Below, one piece after another: positions 19,399-29,869 of a stretch of 64,000 nt of DNA. The stretch covers positions 224,001 to 288,000 of the forward strand of contig CAVZYA010000003.1 of assembly GCA_963779415.1 (NCBI GenBank). The letters are read 5' to 3'. The notes beneath the pieces are model-generated. The model was given only the letters and a program-made list of their open reading frames with translations, did not search any database and had not been told where the DNA came from. The position numbers were made by a program, and so were the translations under genes. Position 1 is the first letter of the stretch. Every line of letters starts with the position of its first letter. The stretch comes from an uncultured Acidobacteriota bacterium (GTDB lineage Bacteria; Acidobacteriota; Thermoanaerobaculia; UBA5066).

Positions 19399-19781
19399 TT
19401 CTCCTCGACACTCACGCCTGGGTCTGGTGGGCGGCCGAACCGAAGAAGCTCTCCGTCAGGGCGCGACAATCGATCCAGTCGGCGGACGACATCGGGGTGA
19501 GCGCGATTTCTCCCTGGGAGGTTGCGATGCTCACCTCCAAGGGCCGGCTCGAGCTCGATCGGGACGTTCTTCTCTGGGTCCGTCAGGCCCTGGCGCTCCC
19601 AAAGGTCAGTCTCGTCCCTCTCTCTCCTGAGATTGCGGTGGCCTCGGTCGCGCTGGGGAAGGGCTTTCCCGCAGATCCCGCCGATCGGATCCTCGCGGCC
19701 ACGGCCCTGCGTCTTCGTGCATCACTCATCACACGAGACAAAGGGCTTCGCTCCGTCCCCGAGCTCAGGACGATCTGGTAG
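19395..19781 (+). CDS. vapC: VapC/PIN-domain toxin
   Basis: ILLDTHAWVWW, VSAISPWEVAML, DPADRILAATA and LITRD. The apparent CTG start overlaps the antitoxin TGA. Confidence 0.93.
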   Translation: MILLDTHAWVWWAAEPKKLSVRARQSIQSADDIGVSAISPWEVAMLTSKGRLELDRDVLLWVRQALALPKVSLVPLSPEIAVASVALGKGFPADPADRILAATALRLRASLITRDKGLRSVPELRTIW

Positions 19782-19785
19782 GCAT

Positions 19786-21561
19786 TCACGGAGCCGACTT
19801 CGCCGACCGGATCCAGGCGTCGATCCTATCTTCGAGTACCGGGAGCGTGACCGTGCCACCCGACAGGACCCTGTCGTGGAACTCACGGATGTCGAAGCGC
19901 GGCCCCAGCGCCTCCTCGGCCCGCTTCCGAAGCTCGCGGATCTTCAGCTCGCCCATCTTGTAGGCGAGGGCCTGCCCCGGCCAGGAGATGTACCGGTCCG
20001 TCTCGGTCGTGCACTCGTGAAGGGAGAGCGCCGTGTTCGCGGCCATGTAGTCGATCGCCTGCTGCCGGCTCCAGCCCATGGCGTGGAGGCCGGTGTCGAC
20101 GACGAGGCGGCAGGCCCTCCACATCTCGTAGGTCAGACGCCCGAACTGGCTATAAGGATCGGCATAGAGGCCCATCTCCAGCCCGAGCCTTTCCGCGTAA
20201 AGCCCCCACCCCTCGCCGAACGCGTCGATGTAGAGATGACGCCGGAAGCTCGGCAGCTCATTCATCTCCTTGGCGAGCGCGATCTGGAGGTGGTGCCCGG
20301 GCACGGCCTCGTGAAGGGTCAGCGCAACGAGGACGTAGAGGGGACGGGTCTCGAGCGCGTAGGTGTTGACCCAGTAAGTGCCGGCCTTCTTTCCGTCGAG
20401 CGGCGCCGGGACATAGCGCCCTCCCGTGTATTTCGGGGCGATGTCCGCGGGAACCGGCTCGACGCCGTACGGCTGACGGGGAAGCCTCCCGAAGAGCGAC
20501 GGGAGCTTGCCGTCGATCTTCTTGGCCGTAAAGGACGCCTGCTTGAGCAGCTCCTCCGGAGTCTTCGCATAGAAGCGAGGGTCCGTCCGGAGGAACTTCA
20601 GGAACTCGGCGAAGCTTCCTTCGAAGGCGGCCTCGCGAATCACCGCCTCCATCTCGGCACGGATCCGCCGGACCTCCGCGAGGCCGATCGCGTGAACCTG
20701 CTCGGGCGTCACGTCGAGCGTCGTGAAGTGCCGGACGAGAAAGGCGTAGTACTCCTTCCCCCCCGGAAGGGCCGACGCGCCCACGGTCGGCCTCGCGCCC
20801 GGAATGTACTCACGGGTCATGAACTCCAGGAACTCCGAGTAGGCCGGGAGGACCTGCTCGCGGATCGCGTCCTCCCCCGCCGTCTTCAGCCGGGCCCGGT
20901 CGGCCTCCGGGACCCCCGGCGGAAACGAAGCGAAGGGGGCGTAGAGAGGGCTCTTTTCGGGCGATGCGACGATCTGAGCCCGGATCGGCCCGTCGTAGCC
21001 AGCCAGGACGGCGCGCGGAAGGGTCCACCCCGTCCGGAGGCCTTCGCGCAGGACGTCGATGTTCTGGCGGGCGAATCCGGGGAAGGCTCTGAGGCGTGCG
21101 ACGTAGTTCTCGTAGTCGCGCGTCGTCGCAAGTGGGACCTCGTCTGCCAGCCGGGCGAACTCGGTGTGAAACCCGCTGTCCGCGTTGATCGGAAACCGGT
21201 AGGTCCCCAGCTCAAAGGCGCGGATCGCGTCGTCCAGCTCCCGGCGAAAGAGAACGTAGCTCTCCCGGTCCTCTTCGTCGAGGGCGGCCGGGTCGATCTC
21301 GAGAAGGCGCCTCCGGAATTTCCGATACTCCCCGTCCCGCCGCGCCTCGTCGGCCACGCCGACGGAAGGGAGCTGGCCGTCGAAGCGGTGGTCGCCGACG
21401 GCGGTGGCGAAGAGCGGGTCCTCGCAAAGCCGCAGCTCCCACTCGTCGTCCAGAAGCGCGTGCAACCGCGTCCGCGCCTCCTTCGTCTCGGGTGAAGGAG
21501 TTGCGGCCTGCAGCAGAAGCGGGAAAACCAGCAGCACGCAAACGAGACTCTCGAGCCCCAC
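19786..21561 (-). CDS. DUF885 family exported protein (putative metallopeptidase)
   Basis: Signal peptide; LHEAVPGHHLQ, EGWGLYAE, RACRLVVDTGLH and RYISWPGQALAYKMG. Confidence 0.92.
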   Translation of the reverse strand: MGLESLVCVLLVFPLLLQAATPSPETKEARTRLHALLDDEWELRLCEDPLFATAVGDHRFDGQLPSVGVADEARRDGEYRKFRRRLLEIDPAALDEEDRESYVLFRRELDDAIRAFELGTYRFPINADSGFHTEFARLADEVPLATTRDYENYVARLRAFPGFARQNIDVLREGLRTGWTLPRAVLAGYDGPIRAQIVASPEKSPLYAPFASFPPGVPEADRARLKTAGEDAIREQVLPAYSEFLEFMTREYIPGARPTVGASALPGGKEYYAFLVRHFTTLDVTPEQVHAIGLAEVRRIRAEMEAVIREAAFEGSFAEFLKFLRTDPRFYAKTPEELLKQASFTAKKIDGKLPSLFGRLPRQPYGVEPVPADIAPKYTGGRYVPAPLDGKKAGTYWVNTYALETRPLYVLVALTLHEAVPGHHLQIALAKEMNELPSFRRHLYIDAFGEGWGLYAERLGLEMGLYADPYSQFGRLTYEMWRACRLVVDTGLHAMGWSRQQAIDYMAANTALSLHECTTETDRYISWPGQALAYKMGELKIRELRKRAEEALGPRFDIREFHDRVLSGGTVTLPVLEDRIDAWIRSAKSAP

Positions 21562-21641
21562 GATGCCCCCTTCGGTCCGAGAACCATGATAGCGGAGCGA
21601 AATCGTCCGGGAACTCCAATCCACCCGATGGCCCCCGGAAC

Positions 21642-23107
21642 CTACTTCGACTCCTTCACGGTCTCGCGCGCCAGGCGCCGCTCCTCTTCCTGCTCCGCGA
21701 TGAGCTTGTAGGCGACGTAGTACTTGTAGATGTTCGAGACGTACGTCACCGTCTCCCGGCCGATCTTTTCGGAGGCGACGCGCTCCACGTTGTTGAACCA
21801 GAGGTTCGGGTCGAGGCCCCTCTTCGCCGCTTCCTTGCGTAGCGACTGGATCCGGTTGGGGCCCGCGTTGTAAGCGGCGAAGGCGAAGAGGCCCTTGTTC
21901 AGCCGGTCCATCGGCTCGTTCGCGAAGTACTGGTCGATCATGAACCGCATGTACTTGACGCCAGCCTCGATGTTCGGCCCAAGCTGGGTGATGTCGCCGA
22001 CCTTCTGCTCCTGGCCGGTGGCCGGCATCACCTGCATGACGCCGATCGCGCCGACCTTGCTCTTCGCGTTCTGGTTGAGCTGCGATTCCTGATACCCCTG
22101 CGCCGCCATCAGGAGGAAGTCCATGTCGTACTTGTCCGAATAGGTCTTGAAGAACCGGACCATCTCCTGAAACTTCTTCCTCTCGCCGCTGGATGCCGCG
22201 TTCTTCACGAACTTGGTGCTCTTCAGGTACTTCTGGAAGAGCTGGTTCCGAATGGAGGATCCCTCGGGGTATTTCGCCAGGAAGGCGTTGATCTCGGCCT
22301 TCAGGAGTGGGCTGTTCTTCCGGATCGCCCACGCAATGTCGCCGCCCGTCCGGAGCGTCACGTCGGGGTGAAGCTTGATCGCGGGGAGGACTCCGCCCAG
22401 AAACGCGCCAGATAGTCGTCCACGACGACGTACTGGACGAGCCCTGCATTCAGCATTTCGAGGAGGTCCTCGTCCTCGAGGTTGTCCGGGGCGAACCGCA
22501 GCTTCGCGGGGGTCTTGCCGCGCTTCGCGAGGTCGGCGTTCAGCTTCTCCAGGCTCTCGTGCCAGATGGAACCCTTCCGGACGTAGACCTCCCTGGCCGA
22601 GAGGTCGTCGACGGAGGCGATGGGCGGCGATGCCGGTCCGGAGACGACGATCTCGGAAACGTTCTTCAGGGCCGGGTCCGAGAAATCCACCAGCTTCAGG
22701 CGCTCGGGCGTCACCGTCAGACCAGCCGCCGCGATATCTCCGCGCCCCTCGAGCAGTGCCGATGCGAGGTCCTTCCGGCCGACCGGAATGAAGGCGACGT
22801 GGATTTTCAGGTTTCCGGTCTTGTACTTCCTGTTGATCTCGTCCTCGAACAGCTTCAGCGCTTCATACGTGATGCCGCGCGGCGTCCCCTTGTCGATGAA
22901 GTAGTTCGTCTTGTTGTAGACGACGAGCGCCCGGATCACCCGGCGCTTCCTCATCGTGTCGAAATCGCCCCCCTGGCCGAGCAATCGGCGTCCACCGGCT
23001 GTCGGATCCTTCCCGGATTCTTTCTGGGCATGAACCGGGCCGGGCCGGCCGAGGACGAGGAGCAGCGGCACCGCTGCGAGAACCCGAAACCCATTCGATG
23101 AACGCAT
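21642..23107 (-). CDS. MltF-like lytic transglycosylase (substrate-binding domain + SLT domain; frameshift near 22385)
   Basis: SBP_bac_3-like N-terminal part (GDIAAAGLTVTPER); SLT motifs YQESQL, GAIGVMQVMPAT and AAYNAGP. Confidence 0.9.
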
Positions 23108-23323
23108 ATCTTCCTCCCGGAGATGTCGCCGTGACGGTTCATGTTAGTCCCGCCCCCGGGCCCGACGGATCAGCCACGGGATGGTCGAGAGCCCGGGTGG
23201 CCCGCTCGAACGCCGCTCGCGATCGTCCCGGTCGGGTCGTGATGCTTACGTCCCATTGCCCCGCCCCGCCGGGGGTGATACGAGCCCGAGAAGCAAACAC
23301 CGGGTCAGAGACAGGAGGACGCG

Positions 23324-25963
23324 ATGTCTTTCCGGACGTTTCTTCCGCTTCCCTTCTTTCTCGCCGTTGCCCTCGGGGCGCAAGCCTCCACCTTCACCGT
23401 GAACAGCACCCTCGACGCCGTGGACGTCAACCGGGGCGACGGCCTCTGCGCCGCGGCCGGCGGCGCCTGCACGCTGCGCGCGGCGGTCAACGAAGCCAAC
23501 GCGCTCGCCGGAGGGCCCCACACGATCAACATCCCCGCGGGCCACTACCTCCTGACGATCCCCGGGCCGAACGAGAACGCCGGTCTGACCGGGGACCTCG
23601 ATATCTCGAAGAGCATGACGATTCACGGGGCCGGCCCCGCCTCGACCGTCCTCGACGCGGGCGGTCTGGAACGTGTCTTCGAGATCATGCCTGGCGCGGA
23701 CGTGACGATCGACGGCCTGACGATCCGCGGCGGGAACGTCCTTGGCACCGAGTACCCCTGGGGGGGCGGAATCAGGAGCCTGGGAGGCCTGACGCTCCAG
23801 AACGTCGTCGTGACCGGAAACCGGGCAAACTCCGGCGGCGGAATCGAGGTCATCGGCAAGCCGCTTCAGATCGACCGCTCGACGATCGCCGAGAACGTCG
23901 CCTCCGACGACCGGGTCACGTCGGCCGACGGGGGCGGCGTGATCGCATGGAACTCCACGATCACGATCACAAACTCGACCGTCAGCGGGAACGTCGCGTC
24001 CGACTCGGGAGGGGGTCTCTACTTCCTGACCAGTACGGTGAACTTGACGAACGTGACGCTGTCCGGGAACGGCCGGGACGCCCTCTACGAATGGAACGAC
24101 GTCACGACCCTGACGAACGTCACGATCCTTGGCAATCGCGAGACCCAGGCCGTGAGGCATGCCGGCGCGAACGGCACCTACACATTGACGCTCCGGAACA
24201 CGGTCATCGCGAATACGGCGTTTGCAGACAACTGCTATGTCACTTCGACGCTGATCGTTTCGGAGGGCGGTAACCTCGACAGCGACGGGACGTGTCACCT
24301 CACCGGGCCCGGTGACCTCATCGGGGTCGACGCGCGTCTCGCTCCGCTCTCCTTCGCCTACGGCCCGACCGCGACGCACACTCCCCTCGCCGGCAGCCCC
24401 GTCGTGGATGCCGGGGCTCTCTCCGGCTGTCCGGCCCAGGACCAGCGCGGCTCGCCGCGGCCGGTGAACGGCCGATGCGATATCGGAGCTGTCGAGGTCC
24501 AGAACGGCGCCAGGTACACCGCAACGCGGACGATCCCGATTCTCGTCGACCGGACCGGCGCAGCCGGCTTCTCCTCGGAGATGACGATCGCGAATCGCGG
24601 CTCGCTGGCGGCAACGGTAGATTTGACGTACACCGCCGCATTGGCCCTCTCGTCGACCGGCACGGGCACGGCGTCCGAGTCGCTTCCTCCCGGTCGGCAA
24701 CTGACATTCGACGACGCCCTCGGCTACCTCCGGGGAAAGGGAATTCCGATCCCTTCGACCCCCGGACAGGGGGGGACCCTGAACCTTCAATTTTCCGGCC
24801 TCTCGTCGTCCGACGCCGGCTCCGCGAGCGCGCGGACGACCGCTCCCACGGGACCCGGCCGCGCCGGCCTGGCCTATCCCGCGCTGCGCGCCGAGGAGCT
24901 GACCGGCAACCCCGTCCACGTTTTCGGCCTGCGCGAAACGACGGACGACCGGACGAACCTCGCCCTCGCGAACACGGGAGCCTCCGGGACGATCACGCTC
25001 CGCGTGACCCTCTACTCGGGCAACACGGCCGCGGCCCCGGCCATCCTGCCGAACGTCACGCTGGGGCCCGGACAGTGGAGCCAGATCAACGCCCCGCACC
25101 TTCTGCGAGCGTCCGGCCTCACGAACGCCTGGGCCCGGGTGGAACGTGTCTCGGGGATCGAGCCGTTCCTCGCGTACGCCGTCTTCAACGACAACACGAC
25201 GGACGACGGATCCTACGTGCCGGCCGTCTCCGCCCTCCGGCGGGCGAGCCGGCTCTTCCTCCCCGTCCTCGTCGAGAGCGACCGGTACGAAAGCGAACTG
25301 ATCCTCGCGAACCCGGGAGATCTTCCGGTCCAGTTCGACCTGACCTACACGCAGTCTCGCGGACCCGGCGTCAGCGGGACGGCGATCGTCACGCTCGCAG
25401 CCCACGAGCAGCGGATCATTCCGGGCGCGATTGACTTCCTCCGGACGAGCGGCGTCCCCGTCGGTCCTTCCGGCCCGACTCTCGCGGGAATGCTCTGGGC
25501 GAAGCTGACCCCCGCGAGCGGTCTGGACGTGAACGGATTCGTCGGGGCCCGGACAGCCACCTCGGCGACCGGAGGGGACCCGTACGGCCTCTTCTACCCG
25601 GCCCTCACCTCGGGCGAGACGGCCCTCTCCGAGGCCTGGATCTATGGCCTTCAGCAGGATGGAGGGAACCGGTCGAATCTGGCCGTCGTGAACCTGGGCG
25701 CGAGCGCCGTCGGTCTCAGGATCGACGTCTTCGACGCGGCCACCGGAACCCTCGTGGGGACGTTGACCGACTCGCTCGGATCCTACGGCTGGAGCCAGCA
25801 CGACAGCGTCCTGGCGTCGTTCGGGATCTCCAACGGCTACGCGCGCGTCACGAAAAGCTCGGGGTCCGGGCGATTCGCGGCGTACGGCGTCGTCAACGAC
25901 GGGGCGAATTCCTCCCTCGGGACGAGCGACGGAAGCTACATCGCGATGACGGTCGTCGAGTAG
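23324..25963 (+). CDS. Secreted CSLREA / choice-of-anchor Q beta-helix protein with tandem C-terminal beta-sandwich repeats
   Basis: AGGAGG RBS; signal peptide; FTVNSTLD...CTLRAAVNEAN, GGGI repeats, GSPVVDAG...DQRG.PR...CDIGAVE; then four repeated units. Confidence 0.88.
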   Translation: MSFRTFLPLPFFLAVALGAQASTFTVNSTLDAVDVNRGDGLCAAAGGACTLRAAVNEANALAGGPHTINIPAGHYLLTIPGPNENAGLTGDLDISKSMTIHGAGPASTVLDAGGLERVFEIMPGADVTIDGLTIRGGNVLGTEYPWGGGIRSLGGLTLQNVVVTGNRANSGGGIEVIGKPLQIDRSTIAENVASDDRVTSADGGGVIAWNSTITITNSTVSGNVASDSGGGLYFLTSTVNLTNVTLSGNGRDALYEWNDVTTLTNVTILGNRETQAVRHAGANGTYTLTLRNTVIANTAFADNCYVTSTLIVSEGGNLDSDGTCHLTGPGDLIGVDARLAPLSFAYGPTATHTPLAGSPVVDAGALSGCPAQDQRGSPRPVNGRCDIGAVEVQNGARYTATRTIPILVDRTGAAGFSSEMTIANRGSLAATVDLTYTAALALSSTGTGTASESLPPGRQLTFDDALGYLRGKGIPIPSTPGQGGTLNLQFSGLSSSDAGSASARTTAPTGPGRAGLAYPALRAEELTGNPVHVFGLRETTDDRTNLALANTGASGTITLRVTLYSGNTAAAPAILPNVTLGPGQWSQINAPHLLRASGLTNAWARVERVSGIEPFLAYAVFNDNTTDDGSYVPAVSALRRASRLFLPVLVESDRYESELILANPGDLPVQFDLTYTQSRGPGVSGTAIVTLAAHEQRIIPGAIDFLRTSGVPVGPSGPTLAGMLWAKLTPASGLDVNGFVGARTATSATGGDPYGLFYPALTSGETALSEAWIYGLQQDGGNRSNLAVVNLGASAVGLRIDVFDAATGTLVGTLTDSLGSYGWSQHDSVLASFGISNGYARVTKSSGSGRFAAYGVVNDGANSSLGTSDGSYIAMTVVE

Positions 25964-26056
25964 GGGGGGGCCGCCGGCGCCCCGAAACTACGCCGGCCCC
26001 CGCCCCGGTCAGAACAAAGCCGCCCGGTTCATCGTAATCTGTTCGAAGGGCGATCT

Positions 26057-27316
26057 ATGACGAAGAAGATGAAAGTGACGCTCATTGCCGGGGGAGGCGT
26101 GGTCGTGGCTCTCGGCGCCTGGTGGTTCGTCTCCTCCCGCGACAAGGGAGTCGTCCCGGTCACCTCCGCCCCGGTCCGGGAGCAGGACATCGTCGCCAAG
26201 GTCACCGCCACCGGGAAGATCCAGGCCGAGAACCGGGTTGAGATGTCGGCGCTCGTCATGGGCCAGATCGTCAATCTCCGCGCCAAGGAAGGGGACCGCG
26301 TCAAGAAGGGGGACTTCCTCCTCCAGATCGACCCGAACCGCGCGGCCGCCGACACGGCGGGCTCCGCCGCCGCCGTGCAGGCCAGCGAAAAGGACCGGGA
26401 CTCGGCCAAGTCCGCCATGGACCAGGCCCAGCTCGACTTCGACCGGGCGAGGAGCAACTACCAGGCGAAGATCGCCTCCGAGGCCGACTACCAGAAGGCG
26501 CAGTCGACGCTCGAATCCGCCCGGGCGGCGCACGCCGCGGCGCAGCACCGGATCGACCAGAACCGGGCCGGCCTGACCGCTAACCGCGACACCCTCTCGA
26601 AGACGACCGTCCTCGCCCCGATCGACGGGATCGTCACCACCCTCCGGGTCAAGGCCGGGGAGGTGACGGTGATCGGGACGATGAACAACCCCGGGACCCA
26701 GCTCCTGACGATCTCCGACATGTCGATCGTCCAGGCGGTCCTGATGGTGGACGAGACGGACACGCCGAGCGTCCAGGTGGGGCAGAAGGCGCTCCTGACG
26801 ATCGACTCCTACCCCGGGAAGACGTTCGAGGGGACCGTCACGGAGGTCGGAAACTCCCCGATCCTGAAGGACGACGCGGACCTCGTGGGACTCACGACGA
26901 CCTCCGACGCGATCAACTTCAAGGTCAAGGTGAACCTCGCCGCGCCGCCTCCTGGCATCCGGCCCGGCTTTTCCGTCACGGCCGACGTCGTCACCGGCTC
27001 CAGGCCCAAGGTGGCCGTCGTACCGCTCGCGGCCGTCATCGTCCGCGACTCCCCAAAGGGCGAGAAGACCGAGGCGGGGAGGCTGAAGACCGAGGACGGG
27101 GTCTGGGCGATCGAGGGCGGAAAGGTGAAGTTCGTGCCCGTCCGGACCGGGCTCGCCGGCGAGCTGATGGTCGAGGTCGAGGGGATCAAGGTCGGGCAGC
27201 AGATCGTCACGGGGCCGTTCAAGGCGCTCCGCGAGGTCAAGGACGGAGATCGGGTGAAGGTGATGTCCGAGAAGGAGAAGAAGGCCGCCGAGGCCCGCGC
27301 GAGCGGCTCCGGATAA
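26057..27316 (+). CDS. Efflux periplasmic adaptor subunit (MacA/HlyD-like)
   Basis: N-terminal TM, KEGDRVKKGDFLLQID, coiled coil, APIDGIV and VDETD. Confidence 0.92.
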   Translation: MTKKMKVTLIAGGGVVVALGAWWFVSSRDKGVVPVTSAPVREQDIVAKVTATGKIQAENRVEMSALVMGQIVNLRAKEGDRVKKGDFLLQIDPNRAAADTAGSAAAVQASEKDRDSAKSAMDQAQLDFDRARSNYQAKIASEADYQKAQSTLESARAAHAAAQHRIDQNRAGLTANRDTLSKTTVLAPIDGIVTTLRVKAGEVTVIGTMNNPGTQLLTISDMSIVQAVLMVDETDTPSVQVGQKALLTIDSYPGKTFEGTVTEVGNSPILKDDADLVGLTTTSDAINFKVKVNLAAPPPGIRPGFSVTADVVTGSRPKVAVVPLAAVIVRDSPKGEKTEAGRLKTEDGVWAIEGGKVKFVPVRTGLAGELMVEVEGIKVGQQIVTGPFKALREVKDGDRVKVMSEKEKKAAEARASGSG

Positions 27317-27327
27317 GGGGGCGGGCC

Positions 27328-28541
27328 ATGAAGCTCTCCGAGCTCTTCTCCGTCGTCGTCGACGCCCTTCGCGTCAACAAGCTGAGATCCTCTCTGACGC
27401 TCCTCGGCGTGATCATCGGAGTCACGACGGTCGTCTCGGTGCTCTCGATCATCACGGGCCTGAACGACTACGTGATGAGCAAGGTGATCAACCTGAACCC
27501 GGATGTCATCATCTTCACGAAGTACGGGATCATCCGGAACCGCCAGGAGTTCATCCTGGCGCGCAAGCGCAAGCCGATCACGATGCGCGACCTGAAGCTC
27601 GTCCGGGCCGAGTGCCTCTCCTGCGGAGCCGTCGGGGGACAGGGGGACCAGGTCGCGAACGTGAAGGCGATGGGCCGGAAGCTCTCCGGCGTCCCGATCA
27701 CGGGCTACACCGCGAACGCCGCCACCCTCCTGAACGTCGACCTCGAGGCCGGCCGCTTCTTCACGCCGGCCGAGGAGGACCACTCGGCCGCGGTCGCCGT
27801 CATCGGGTACGACGTGAAGGACCAGCTCTTCCCGACGCTGGATCCGATCGGCCGGACGATCTACGTCAACGGCTACCCGCTGACGGTCATCGGCCTCCAG
27901 AGCAAGCTCGGCAACGTCCTCGGCCAGAACCGCGACAAGGTCGCCTTCGTCCCCCTCTCGTTTCTCCAGAAGGTGATGACGTCGGACGAGGGAATCTCGA
28001 TCCTCGTCCGCCCGGTCGCCGGCATGAAGGGCCTCGACGAGGCCGAGAGCGAGGTGCGGACCGTCCTGAGGTCGCTCCGGCGGACCCCGTTCCGCAGCGA
28101 CGACCCCTTCGGCGTCGTCGGCGCCGAGGCGATCCAGTCGCTCTGGCGGTCGATCTCGGCGGGGGCCTTCGCGGTGATGATGCTCGTCTCCGGCATCTCC
28201 CTCGTCGTCGGCGCCATCGTCATCGCGAACATCATGTTCGTGTCGGTCGTCGAGCGGACGACGGAGATCGGGGTGAGACGGGCTCTCGGGGCACGGCGGC
28301 GCGACATCAAGCGCCAGTTCCTTGTCGAGGCGGCCGCCCTCGCCACGCTCGGGGGCGCCGTGGGGGTGATCGGGGGGCGCTCGTCTCTCTCGCGGTCAGC
28401 CAGGTCTTTCCGGCCACCGTCCAGCTTCGCTACGTGATCCTCGGCCTCGTGACCTCGACGCTGACCGGCGTCCTCGCGGGGCTCGCTCCCGCGTCTGCGG
28501 CCGCCCGGCTGACGCCGATCGAGGCGCTCCGCCATGAGTGA
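27328..28541 (+). CDS. ABC transporter permease, MacB/FtsX family (frameshift near 28375)
   Basis: NKLRSSLTLLGVIIGV, NIMFVSVVERTTEIGVRRALGA; C-terminus PASAAARLTPIEALRHE in another frame. Confidence 0.92.
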
Positions 28542-28550
28542 GGACGCCCC

Positions 28551-29822
28551 GTGAGCCCCCTCGTCTTCGCGATCGGCCGGGGCTTCGGCTCGAGCGTCCG
28601 CTTTGCGGCGGTCGCGATCTGGGAGCACAAGCTCCGCTCCTCGCTCACGATCCTCGGGATCGTCGTCGGCGTGACGACCGTGATCGCCATGGTCGCGATC
28701 GTCACCGGTTTCAACAACAACGTCATCGGGAACGTGCAGGCCTTCGGGGCGAACCGGGTCGAGTTCCAGAAGTACGACGACCGCTTCGGCCCCGGCGGGC
28801 CCAACGACGACGAGGAGCGGCGCCGGAGGAACCTGACCGTCGAGGACGCGGGGGCGCTGCGGGACGAGGTCCCGGAGGCCGCGGCCGTCTCGACCCTCTG
28901 CGCCTACGACGACGCCGAGGTCCAGGTCAAGAACGGCAATCTCCTCGCGAACAACCCCTACGTCCTCGGGGCGGACGAGTTCTACCCGGTCGCGACGGCG
29001 TACGGTGTGGGACGGGGCCGCTTCTTCACCGCGGCAGAGGTTGCGCACAACGCGCTCGTGACCGTGCTCGGGTCCGAGGTCGAGGAGGCGATCTTCCCGA
29101 GCGAGGACCCGATCGGCAAGGATGTCACGGTGAACGGGATGCGGTACCGGGTTGTCGGCGTCCTGGCCCGGAAGGGGGCGCAGTTCGGCTACTCGCCCGA
29201 CAACAAGATCCTCCTGCCGAGCGGGATCTTCGCGCGGCAGTTCGGCTTCCGGATCCGGCGGGACGGCGTCCGGATCTGGATCGTGCCGAAGCGGAACGAG
29301 GGCCTCGAGACGGTCATCGAGAAATCCGTCGCGGTCCTCCGGATGCGCCGGAAGGTCCCGTTCAACAAGCCGAACGATTTCGCGATCGTCACGCCCGATC
29401 AGCTCATCTCCCAGTTCCGCGCCATCACGGGGGGCGTGACCGGCGCGATGGTCTTCATCGCGCTCATCTCGCTCGTCATCGGCGGCGTGGGCGTCATGAA
29501 CATCATGCTCGTCTCCGTGACGCAGCGGACGCGCGAAATCGGCCTCCGCAAGGCGGTCGGGGCGCTGCGCCGCGACATCGTCACGCAGTTCCTCGTCGAG
29601 GCGATGACCCTCACGAGCATCGGGGGCGCGATCGGCGTCGCGCTCGGGATCGCGATCTCGGCGACCATCAAGGCGCTCGTCCCGTCGCTCCCCACGGCCG
29701 TCCCGCTCTGGTCCCCCGTCCTCGGCCTCGCGGTCTCGGCAGCCGTCGGCGTGTTCTTCGGCGCCTGGCCCGCCGTCAAGGCCTCCCGCCTCGACCCGAT
29801 CGAGTCACTCCGCTACGAATGA
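28551..29822 (+). CDS. ABC transporter permease, MacB/FtsX family
   Basis: HKLRSSLTILGIVVGV, GGVGVMNIMLVSVTQRTREIGLRKAVGA and PAVKASRLDPIESLRYE. Confidence 0.94.
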   Translation: MSPLVFAIGRGFGSSVRFAAVAIWEHKLRSSLTILGIVVGVTTVIAMVAIVTGFNNNVIGNVQAFGANRVEFQKYDDRFGPGGPNDDEERRRRNLTVEDAGALRDEVPEAAAVSTLCAYDDAEVQVKNGNLLANNPYVLGADEFYPVATAYGVGRGRFFTAAEVAHNALVTVLGSEVEEAIFPSEDPIGKDVTVNGMRYRVVGVLARKGAQFGYSPDNKILLPSGIFARQFGFRIRRDGVRIWIVPKRNEGLETVIEKSVAVLRMRRKVPFNKPNDFAIVTPDQLISQFRAITGGVTGAMVFIALISLVIGGVGVMNIMLVSVTQRTREIGLRKAVGALRRDIVTQFLVEAMTLTSIGGAIGVALGIAISATIKALVPSLPTAVPLWSPVLGLAVSAAVGVFFGAWPAVKASRLDPIESLRYE

Positions 29823-29869
29823 GCGCGGGGGGTCGGCCTCCACTCCGGTGACGCCGGGCCAGGCCGCCC

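Noticed and set aside
21600-23140. Cassette-boundary motifs around the mltF-like gene (ATGGCCCCCGG, ATGTCGCCG) and GGGGTCGG near 29830
   Set aside because: Too degenerate and inconsistently oriented to distinguish from chance in GC-rich DNA without a statistical scan.
25964-26010. Intrinsic terminator after the CSLREA gene
   Set aside because: A GC hairpin (CCGGCG...CGCCGG) is present but has no U-tract; support is insufficient.
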